Shown one piece after another: positions 22,061 through 32,600 of a stretch of 64,000 nucleotides of DNA (its first letter is position 1; each line of letters opens with the position of its first letter). This DNA is from Mayamaea pseudoterrestris. Its lineage: Eukaryota. The stretch covers positions 682,001-746,000 of the forward strand of contig BROI01000001.1 in NCBI GenBank assembly GCA_027923505.1, read 5' to 3'. The notes beneath the pieces are model-generated. The model was not told the origin of the DNA. It was given only the letters and a program-made list of their open reading frames with translations, and searched no databases. A program made the translations under genes and the position numbers.

Positions 22061-23741
22061 CTAGGCTTGTGACAACGATCGGTTTGCCGTATCACCCTTC
22101 CAGAAAAGAATCGGAATGATCAGGGGTCGGAACGTGGCATGCGGCAAGAACTTGGTAAGAACGTCGGCGACGTTCTGCTTGCCGAAGATGTGCTCAAAGT
22201 ACAGAACATTGCTTGCAATGGCCTCGCAAACTCGGTGGTAGGCGAGCGCATTGTGTCTATCCTTGACGACTTCGCTTTTCCAACATCCAGGCTGGTCCAC
22301 TCAAAGGAACTCCCAACATGCGTAGGGAGTATCCGGAAACCATAATCTGTTCCGGTCGGTCTTGGTTGCAGGATCAACAGTATTCTGACGCTTGCAGAAC
22401 CATTCGACAGGCGTCTGGTTCAGGAAATGCAAGACTCCCCATTGCGGAACGTCCAGTAGTGTAATCATGATACAGGTTCGCGTCCACAAAGGTGGTTAGT
22501 TGCACGGGCTTGCCCTCGGGACCGGCAACAATGTAGACCTTTTCCTTGGTCTTGCCCGGGTGAGACGCACGACATCGCCGCCCAAAACTTGAGGACTTCG
22601 TTCAGTTCAGCAACGTGCTTGGTTGGATCGTGCCAGCACGGAAAGAAGGGTCGTTGTGGCGAGCAGTCTCAAATTTCGCGCGAATTCTGCCTACGAGATC
22701 GTTCTTCAAAACCAAGATGCGCGTTGATGTTCATTCATGAGGCCCAATGCTTGTCCGTACTCGTGTAGCTGCTCCATCCAGTCTTGATGGCGTCGCCCAC
22801 CCACAGGGTGTTTCCATTAGAAGATAACAACTTGAACCAAACTTGAGCCAACGCGCTTCTTGGACACGGTTCTTCTTGTGCGCCTTGCACATGCGGTTAA
22901 ACAGTTTAGTGTGTCCTGCCATGCGCCTCAAGCGCTTCCATCCATCCTTTTCAGCATTACCCTTGCGCTTGCCATACTCGAGCGGGCAACGGTCACAGGG
23001 TCGGACTTGATAATCAATGCGAGTGGCTCCCAGGTCTTTCTCGCCATTTGCCCCGTGTATGAGCGAAGTTGGGATGAGCCGCGTGCGAGAGGGGCGTCGG
23101 CTTGTGTCAGTGGACCCTCATGTCCGTCAATGAAATCAAACTTGTAGTACTGGTCGTCGTTGTCATCGTCCCCCAGTTAAAGAATCTTGCCGCTCGCACA
23201 GGTCGGCTAGTTCGTTGTAGGTAATCAGCTCGTCGACGTCGCGTCGGCAGGCTCAATTGGAACTTGATGATCTTGTGGTTGGCTTCATCGCGATCGTTTA
23301 GTTGCTCGATAACCTTGTGTCGCGTGGAGCCGTCTTCCTCGTCAGAAGGACAGTGCGTCCCATCAGTTCAGCCGGGTAAAAGACGGCATGGGTCCGTCGG
23401 GATCCAACGCTTTCGGCGAAGCAGCTTTCGCGAATTGAAGCGTCTTCATCCACGGTTCCCCCAGAATCAGGCCGACAACCATTCCAGTTCGATCGGATCG
23501 AACTTGGTACGTGAGGATGTCACCCTTGTTCTCTGCAATGCCGACCCCAGCGTCCTGCTGCTTCCTTAGTGTGAGGAAATGTCGGGCTCTCGGCTCCCAG
23601 CTTCGTCAGGACTCGTTCCCAGAACTTGAACTGCAGGAACGGCGAAATGTGGTACTCGGTTGAAGGCGGCTCAGTAGGGGTCTTCCAGTTGAGGGACTCG
23701 GTCGCCAGATTGTTGAATAAGGCGATTACGTACACGCGCAT
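22061..23741 (-). pseudogene. Frameshifted pol remnant: integrase C-terminus with chromo-like segment, start of RT region, RNase H
   Basis: Fragments in shifting frames: ISPFLQFKFWERV; YKFDFIDGHEGPL..GEKTWEPL..SDPVTVA..GWKRLRR; NGNTLW; TFVDANLYHDYTTGRS..NQTPVEWFCKRQNTV; RHNALAYHRVCEAIA..NVADVLTKFL. No YVDD-containing RT core is visible. Confidence 0.8.
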
Positions 23742-25180
23742 AGGAGCCAGGCTGCAGCGGGTGCGCCCGCACGGTTCATGATGTTCTGGACTGATGACTT
23801 GACTTCTTGGATGCGACGCTCGGCAGGGTTCTGGTTCTGGTATCCGGGCTCGCTCTGTTGGTCACGAATCGCGTAGAATCGCAACAAGGTTTCAACTTGC
23901 TTCCCGAGCTGCACTCGCGAGTTATCGCTAATGAGCAAATCGGGAGCGCCAATGTCTCGAATGAAGTCTTCGAGCGCCATGGGCATGTCACTCTCGGTTC
24001 TCAGTGGGTATCCCCTCGTCAGCAGACTCTTCTTGCCGACGAACAGTTGCATCATCTTGCATCCGCCATGGCCGCGGATTCCGTCGTTAAAGGCGGCTTC
24101 CTTGGAAAACCAGGTATCTGTCGCCGTATCGTCATGGAAACGAACCACATTGGCGGCAGGGAATCGCGACTTAAAGTGTTGGCGAAATGGGGTGTGTGCC
24201 GATGCACGGAAAAGCTGTGTCGTATTCTTAATGGTGCGCTTGACTCGTTCAAGTGGCGTGTAGCCAAGGTAGGGTCGAAGCGCTTGGTAGTCAGGTTCTT
24301 GTGGCATTATGCGTCGTGCATTGGCTTGGCGCGTCGTATCAGCCTGATTGCGATCGACATACTGCACCACACGTTCCACTGAGTTCATGTTGTTCCGGTA
24401 GGTGGCGTCGCCGAAGTCATCCATGCGGGCGTCGACGAAACCGTGGGCTTCTTCCAATTCGTCGAAGCGACGATTAAACTCAAGTTCTTCTTCGTTCCAT
24501 TCATTATCCAACTCCGCCGGATCCCAAAGGGTGTCCGCAGAGAAAATGACCGTCGGATACATTTCCAACTCTGCGTCCGTCGGTGGACGCATATCCATAC
24601 GAGGCAAGCCGTCACGGATCGCCAAGGGGATGGTCTTGCCACAACTGGTGACAATGGCTTGTGCTCCATTCTGGGAGCGAGCGACGTCGTCGATCAGATG
24701 GCCGAACGAACGAAGCTGCGATGGAGCATGAATGGATTCAGCACCGTCGTACAAAGCATACTGGTTGAACTGACCGATAATGGGTCCAGTCCGAGTCTCA
24801 ATCAATGCGACGCCAGTTCCGACTTGGAGGTCGCGAACCGTGTGGTCGCTCAAACCTGTCACGTTACACGTGTGGTTGGTAGTACTCAAGATTCTCATAT
24901 CGCTTCCAGCGAGTCCACCGTTCGCACCGCCGTCAATCAGCGATCCTTGGCGAGTCTCGTTGCTGCGAGCTCGATTCACAGTGTAGCGCACCGATACCAT
25001 TGCGCGGTATTGACGGCCGTCGCTTCCCATAAACTCTTGCTGGGTGTTATTCGCAGCTTGAGTGCGAGACGACGCGGCGTTCGCAAGGAAAGATCTAATC
25101 ATGTCATCCGGTGCACCTTGAGTGGCTGTCGTTGGTGCTTTTGAGACAGCATCATTCTGATACAAGATTGTACCAGGCAC
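23726..25180 (-). CDS. Retrotransposon pol fragment: aspartic protease + integrase core
   Basis: 484-aa open stretch with LIDGGANGG (protease) and ATDTWFS / ISDNS / QNPAERRIQ (D,D,E integrase triad). Truncated by a frameshift at ~23730. Confidence 0.85.
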   Translation of the reverse strand: MPGTILYQNDAVSKAPTTATQGAPDDMIRSFLANAASSRTQAANNTQQEFMGSDGRQYRAMVSVRYTVNRARSNETRQGSLIDGGANGGLAGSDMRILSTTNHTCNVTGLSDHTVRDLQVGTGVALIETRTGPIIGQFNQYALYDGAESIHAPSQLRSFGHLIDDVARSQNGAQAIVTSCGKTIPLAIRDGLPRMDMRPPTDAELEMYPTVIFSADTLWDPAELDNEWNEEELEFNRRFDELEEAHGFVDARMDDFGDATYRNNMNSVERVVQYVDRNQADTTRQANARRIMPQEPDYQALRPYLGYTPLERVKRTIKNTTQLFRASAHTPFRQHFKSRFPAANVVRFHDDTATDTWFSKEAAFNDGIRGHGGCKMMQLFVGKKSLLTRGYPLRTESDMPMALEDFIRDIGAPDLLISDNSRVQLGKQVETLLRFYAIRDQQSEPGYQNQNPAERRIQEVKSSVQNIMNRAGAPAAAWLLCACT

Positions 25181-26185
25181 TGAGGCAGCTGCTTGTGACT
25201 GCTGGTTATTCGCGCGGTTTCCATTGTTCGCGCGTCTTGTTGTGGCGACATCAAGGCGCCATGAGCTGAGCTGTCTATTGTCGTTTGTACCGACATGATG
25301 GCGGCCAACAACTGTTCAAAGTTCAGATAATAGGCAACCCCCAGATTATGATCCGGGCCTGTGGGGCGCGGAAGGCCTGCGTCCTCGACCGTGGCCGGCA
25401 GGTGCCCGTCCTGTCTCGTCCGGTGCCGCGCGTCCGCCTTGGCGCCCGCGTCCTCCGCCCCGGAACCGCGTTTCCTCGGTGTGTTAGCGTTTTCACTTGG
25501 CCCGGTCGAGCGTTTTCTTGCCCTTGTTCAACAGCGTTCTTGTTGTCAATCGCAAAGCCTGCTGCGACAACATGTCGAAAGACCGTCATAATCTTCAGTC
25601 ACGGCGGCATCTGGGTCACCCTCACTGATGTGCATCGTCATCAAATGTCAAGTGCTAGTCAAATGTCGTGCACGTGGGTGCTTCTCGTCAAGCCCCTTCT
25701 GCAGCTGAGGGCCAGTAGTACTTCTTCTTTCATCCGTGCTCCCAGGACGGAACTCTTAGTTCTTCATGAGCTGTTCGATGTAATTTAAAAGGAACTTGTA
25801 GTGTCCTTTTGTCCAAGTCGAATCTGGCGAATCATCCTGGCTGGGCTTCAAGTTGCTCCTTGGTCAATCTCAACATCTGGGTAGTGGTGGTTACATTCCA
25901 AAACAAGAACGCTTCTTGGATGTCTTGTCCGAAAACGTTCACGCAGAGCGCTTGCAAAGCCTCCACAGTAACCGAAACCATGATAATGAATACCTCACTT
26001 TCCGCAAGTCCTTTCTCACACAACAACCGCTCTCAATGCAGTCGAGCCTTATACGATCCTGTTCTACGCGCTCGCGTCAAGTATTCGGATTGACGACGCC
26101 GCAAGGAATCTGCTCTTTCTCTCTCAATTTCTCGATTCTTTCACTCTCTCTCTTTCGCACAGCTCTCTCAGGTCAAGACAAGCTA

Positions 26186-26200
26186 GCAAGACTGTTAATC
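26186..26200 (-). other. Putative primer-binding site complementary to the tRNA-Asn(GUU) anticodon arm
   Basis: Directly inside the 5' LTR the minus strand reads GATTAACAGTCTTGC, the complement of G-CAAGA-CTGTTAA-TC (stem, Asn anticodon loop, first 2 nt of the 3' stem). There is no TGG start. Confidence 0.65.
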
Positions 26201-26529
26201 TGACACGATAATATCAGACAAACCTTTATTCCAGCGACTACAATGGACTAGGAGCGATCAACCTCTTCGTCCAGCGTAAAGCAAACAAACAAACTCAATT
26301 GCTAGAATAGTGCATGTTACTCGCTACTCTACTCGTGCGCTTCTTTCTCGTTCTCACTGGGTTCACGGTCGAGGTTCACGCCTCGATCGTCAGCGATTTC
26401 ACTCATGTATGTGAGGATTCGGTCACAAGTGTGACTCAACCCTGCACAGGATTAAATGCATACAAAACACAGGTAGCTAACCGTCTTGTCATAAGACGCA
26501 GGTCAACTCAACTCAATAATATTGTGTCA
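26201..26529 (-). repeat. 5' LTR (329 bp)
   Basis: 325/329 identical to 21721-22049. Confidence 0.95.
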
Positions 26530-29500
26530 CTCCCTTTGTGGCTGCAGGGATCATCAGCATTGCCTGCTGAACCCTCCAATATATTTCAAATAGGTTGGTT
26601 GTCATGATGGGCCATATGGTGGTAGTTGCACCTCAGTATTCATCACCGTGTATGCCATGGTGAGACTGAACTGACCCTACAACTTGTTGGATCTGCCAGC
26701 GGTGCACCTCAAGTGGCAAGTGAGACTTCCAAAATGGCCTCCAGACCCCATATTACACAAACATGGACTGTAATAGTGAATGGGGCTCATATACTTGTCC
26801 AATTGGGTGTGGAAGCCATTACTATGCCCTGAGACTCTGCACATTCAACAACTGGTTGAATGTGCCAGCCATGCTCCCTTTGTGGCTGCAGGGATCATGA
26901 GCATTGCCTGCTGAGCCCTCCAATATCTTTCATATCATGTTTGTTGTCATGATGGGCCATAAGTTGGTCAGTTGCACCTCAGTATCCTTCACCGTGTATG
27001 CCATGGTGTGACTGAGCAAATCCAACAATTTGTTGGGTCTGCCAGATCTGCCAGCAGTGCACCTCAAGTGGCAAGTGAGACTTTAAAATGTCCTCCAAAC
27101 CCCATAATCCAACTAACATGGACTTTACCAGTAAATGGGACTCAAAGACTTGTCCATTGGGGTGTGCAAGCCATCACTATGCCCTGAGACTCAGCACATT
27201 CAACAACTGGTTGAATGTGCCAGCCCTGCTCCCTTTTTGGCTGCAAGGATCATTAGCACTGCCTGATGATCCCTCCAGTATATTTCAAATTGGTTTGTTG
27301 TCATGATGGGCCAATAAGTTGGTCAGTTGCACCTCAGTATCCTTCACCATGTATGCCACGGTGAGACTGAGCAGATCTAACAACTTGTTGGATCTGCTAG
27401 AGCTGCCAGCAGTGCACCTCAAGTGGCAAGTGAGACTTCCAAAATGGCCTCCAGACCCCATATTACACAAACATGGACTGTAACAGTGAATGGGACTCAT
27501 AGACTTGTCCTGTTGGGGTGGAAGCCATCACTATGCCCTGACACTCCGCACATTCAACAACTGGTTGAATGTGCCAGCCCTGCTCCCTTTGTGGCTGCAG
27601 GGATCATCAGCAGTGCCTGCTGAATCCTCCAATATATTTCAAATAGGTTTGTTGTCATGATGGGCCATATGTTGGTCAATTGCAGCTCAATATCCATAAC
27701 CGTGTATGCCATGGTGAGACTCAGCCGATCCTACAACTTGTTGGATTTGCCAGCAGTGCCCCTCAAGTGGCAAGTGAGACTTCCAAAATGGCCTGCAGAC
27801 CCCATAATACAACTAACATGGACTTTATTAGCGAATGGGACTCAAAGACTTGTCCATTGGGGTGTGGAAGCCATCACTATGCCCTGAGACTCCACACATT
27901 CAACAACTGGTTGAATGTGCCAGCCCTGCTCCCTTTGTGGCTGCAGGGAGCATCCGCATTGCCTGCTGAGCCCTCCAATATATTGCAAATAGGCATGTTG
28001 TCATGATGGGCCATATGTTGGTCAGTTGCATCTCAGTAACCATCACAATGTATGCCATGGTGAGACTCCGCCAACCCTACAACTTGTTGGATCTGCTAGT
28101 GGTGCACCTCAAGTGGCAAGCAAGACTTCTAAAATGGCATGCAAACCCCATAATACAACAAACATGGACTTGAACAGTGAATGGGACTCATAGACTTCTC
28201 CATTGAGGTGTAGAAGCTATTACTATGCCCTGAGACTCCACACATTCAAAAACTGGTTGAATGTGCCAGCCCTGCTCCCTTTTTGGTTGCAGGGATCACC
28301 AGCATTGCCTGCTGAGCCCTCCAATATCTTTCATATCACATTTGTTGTCATGATGGGCCAATAAGTTGGTCAGTTGCACCTCAGTATCCATCACCATGGT
28401 ACGCCACTGTGAGACTTAGCAAATCCAACAACATGTTGGATCTGCCAGAGCTGCCAGCAGTGCACCTAAAGTGGCAAGTGAGACTTCCAAAATGGTCTCC
28501 AGACCCCATAATACAACTAACATGGACTTTACCAGTAAATGTGACTCAAAGAATTGTCCATTGGGGTGTGGAAGCCATCAATATGCCCTGAGACTCCGCA
28601 CATTCAACAACTGGTTGAATGTGCCAGCCCTGCTTCCTTTGTGGCTGCAGGGATCATCAGCATTGCCTGCTGAGCCCTCCAGTATATTGCAAATAGGTTT
28701 GTTGTCATGATGGGCCATAGTTGGTCAGTTGCACCTGAGTATCCATCACCATGTATGCCATGGTGAGACTGAGCCGATTCTACAACTTGTTGGATCTGCC
28801 AGCGGTGCACCTCAAGTGGCAAGTGAGACTTCCAAAATGGCCTGCAGTCCCCATAATACAACTAACATGGACTGTAACAGTGAATGGGGCTCATAGACTT
28901 GTCCAATTGGGTGTGGAAGCCATCACTATGCCCTGAGACTCCGCACATTCAACAACTGGTTGAATGTGCCAGCCATGCTCCCTTTGTGGCTGCAGGGATC
29001 ATCAGCATTGCCTGCTGAGCCCTCCAATATCTTTCATATCATGTTTGTTGTCATGATAAGCCATAAGAAATCAGTTGCACCTCGGTATCCTTCACTGTGT
29101 ACGCCACGGTGAGACTGAGCAGATCCAACAACTTGTTGGATCTGCCAGCGGTGCACTTCAAGTGGCAAGTGAAACTTCCAAAATGGCCTGCAGACCCCAT
29201 AATACAACAAATATGGACTGTAACAGTGAATGGGACTCATAGACTTGTCCATTGGGGTGTGGAAGCCATAACTTTGCCCTGAGACTCAGCACATTCAACA
29301 ACTGGTTGAATGTGCCAGCCATGCTTCCTTTGTGGCTGCAGGTATCATCAGCATTGCCTGCTGAGCCCTCCAATATCTTTCATATCATGTTTGTTGTCAT
29401 GATGGGCCATAAGTTGGTCAGTTGCACCTCAGTATCCATCATCTTGAAAGCCATGGTGAGATTGAGCCGACCCTACAACTTGTTGGATCTGCCAGCAGTG

Positions 29501-29612
29501 CACCTCAAGTGGCAAATGAGACTTCCAAAATGGTCTCCAGACCCCATAATCCAACTAACATGAACTTTACCAGTAAATGGGACTCATGGACTTGTTATTT
29601 TGGGTGTGGAAG
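26530..29612. repeat. Satellite family A-related subfamily (D), ~345-358-bp monomers, ~9 copies, inverted relative to 1-1386
   Basis: ACTTGTTGGATCTGCCAGCGGTGCACCTCAA is the reverse complement of family A TTGAGGTGCACCGCTGGCAGATCCAACAAGT. The GCACATTCAAC..GTTGAATGTGC palindrome is shared. Confidence 0.9.
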
Positions 29613-32600
29613 GGAAGCAGGCAACATGCAGGAGGCAAATGCACAAAGTGAATGCAATATACAATATCCATTTGTGACCTTGGATCATGCCCCAAGCCAG
29701 TTTACAAAGAGATTGTGGGGATCTGATGTTTGCCACTGCTAGGGTAGGCAGTCACATAGTACCTGCTAACTGAAGCTGCTGACCTGAAGGCAAAAGGCAA
29801 GCAGGAGGCTGATGCGCAAAACAAATTCACCAAGGAGGTATGTCTTGTGCCCTCGGATCATGCACAGTGGCTGTACGCATAGAGTGTGTGGGCACTTCAT
29901 GTTTGCCACTGCTAGGTTGATGTTCGGCAGTTGGGTAGTACATACCAGTAACTTCTGCGGATCTGGAAGCAGGCAACATGCAGGAGGCAAATGCACAAAG
30001 TGAATGCACTATACAAAATCCATTTGAGACCTCGGATCATGCCCCAAGCCAGTTTACAAAGAGATTGTGGGGATCTGATGTTTGCCCCTGCTAGGGTAGG
30101 CAGTCACATAGTACCTGCTAACTGAAGCTGCTGACCTGAAGGCAAAAGGCAAGCAGGAGGCTGATGCGCAAAACAAATTCACCATGGAGGTATGTCTTGT
30201 GCCCTTGGATCATGCACAGTGGCTGTACGCATAGAGTGTGTGGGCACTTCATGTTTGCCACTGCTAGGTTGGTGTTCGGCAGTTGGGTAGTACATACCAG
30301 CAACTTCTGCGGATCTGGAAGCAGGCAACATGCAGGAGGCAAATGCACAAAGTGAATGCACTATACAATATCCATTTGTGACCTTGGATCATGCCCCAAG
30401 CCAGTTCACAAAGAGATTGTGGGGATCTGATGTTTGCCACTGCTAGGGTAGGCAGTCACATAGTACCTGCTAACGGAAGCTGCTGACCTGAAGGCAAAAG
30501 GCAAGCAGGAGGCTGATGCGCGAAACAAATTCACCAAGGAGGTATGTCTTGTGCCCTCGGATCATGCACAGTGGCTGTACGCATAGAGTGTGTGGGCACT
30601 TCATGTTTGCCACTGCTAGGTTGGTGTTCGGCAGTTGGGTAGTACATACCAGCAACTTCTGCGGATCTGGAAGCAGGCAACATGCAGGAGGCAAATGCAC
30701 AAAGTGAATGCACTATACAATATCCATTTCTGACCTTGGATCATGCCCCAAGCCAGTTCACAAAGAGATTGTGGGGATCTGATGTTTGCCACTGCTAGGG
30801 TAGGCAGTCACATAGTACCTGCTAACGGAAGCTGCTGACCTGAAGGCAAAAGGCAAGCAGGAGGCTGATGCGCGAAACAAATTCACCAAGGAGGTATGTC
30901 TTGTGCCCTCGGATCATGCACAGTGGCTGTACGCATAGAGTGTGTGGGCACTTCATGTTTGCCACTGCTAGGTTGGTGTTCGGCAGTTGGGTAGTACATA
31001 CCAGCAACTTCTGCGGATCTGGAAGCAGGCAACATGCAGGAGGCAAATGCACAAAGTGAATGCACTATACAATATCCATTTCTGACCTTGGATCATGCCC
31101 CAAGCTAGTTTACAAAGAGATTGTAGGGATCTGATGTTTGCCACTGCTAGGGTAGGCAGTCACATAGTACCTGCTAACTGAAGCTGCTAACCTGAAGGCA
31201 AAAGGCAAGCAGGAGGCTGATGCGCAAAACAAATTCACCAAGGAGGTATGTCTTGTGCCCTCGGATCATGCACAGTGGCTGTACGCATAGAGTGTGTGGG
31301 CACTTCATGTTTGCCACTGCTAGGTTGGTGTTCAGCAGTTGGGTAGTACATACCAGCAACTTCTGCGGATCTGGAAGCAGGCAACATGCAGGAGGCAAAT
31401 GCACAAAGGGAATGCACTATACAATATCCATTTGTGACCTTGGATCATGCCCCAAGCCAGTTTACAAAGAGATTGTGGGGATCTGATGTTTGCCACTGCT
31501 AGGGTAGGCAGTCACATAGTACCTGCTAACTGAAGCTGCTGACCTGAAGGCAAAAGGCAAGCAGGAGGCTGATGCGCAAAACAAATTCACCAAGGAGGTA
31601 TGTCTTGTGCCCTCGGATCATGCACAGTGGCTGTACGCATAGAGTGTGTGGGCACTTCATGTTTGCCACTGCTAGGTTGGTGTTCGGCAGTTGGGTAGTA
31701 CATACCAGCAACTTCTGCGGATCTGGAAGCAGGCAACATGCAGGAGGCAAATGCACAAAGGGAATGCACTATACAATATCCATTTGTGACCTTGGATCAT
31801 GCCCCAAGCCAGTTTACAAAGAGATTGTGGGGATCTGATGTTTGCCACTGCTAGGGTAGGCAGTCACATAGTACCTGCTAACTGAAGCTGCTGACCTGAA
31901 GGCAAAAGGCAAGCAGGAGGCTGATGCGCAAAACAAATTCACCAAGGAGGTATGTCTTGTGCCCTCGGATCATGCACAGTGGCTGTACGCATAGAGTGTG
32001 TGGGCACTTCATGTTTGCCACTGCTAGGTTGGTGTTCGGCAGTTGGGTAGTACATACCAGCAACTTCTGCGGATCTGGAAGCAGGCAACATGCAGGAGGC
32101 AAATGCACAAAGTGAACGCACTATACAATATCCATTTGTGACCTTGGATCATGCCCCAAGCCAGTTTACAAAGAGATTGTGGGGATCTGATGTTTGCCAC
32201 TGCTAGGGTAGGCAGTCACAGAACCTGCTAACTGAAGCTGCTGACCTGAAGGCAAAAGGCAAGCAGGAGGCTGATGCGCAAAACAAATTCACCAAGGAGG
32301 TATGACTTGGGCCCTCGGATCATGCACAGTGGCTGTACACATAGAGTGTGTGGGCACTTCATGTTTGCCACTGCTAGGTTGGTGTTCGGCAGTTGGGTAG
32401 TACATACCAGCAACTTCTGCGGATCTGGAAGCAGGCAACATGCAGGAGGCAAATGCACAAAGTGAACGCACTATACAATATCCATTTGTGACCTTGGATC
32501 ATGCCCCAAGCCAGTTTACAAAGAGATTGTGGGGATCTGATGTTTGCCACTGCTAGGGTAGGCAGTCACATAGTACCTGCTAACTGAAGCTGCTGACCTG

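Larger units (their letters stand above)
21721..26529 (-). mobile_element. Defective Ty1/copia LTR retrotransposon (diatom CoDi-like), RT core missing
   Basis: Two 329-bp LTRs (TGACAC..GTGTCA) and a PPT at 22050-22057. The domain order protease-integrase-(RT remnant)-RNase H on the minus strand is the copia order. Confidence 0.93.

Noticed and set aside
26186..26200. tRNA-Asn gene
   Set aside because: Only the anticodon arm is present, with no acceptor, D or T arms. Interpreted as a PBS instead.
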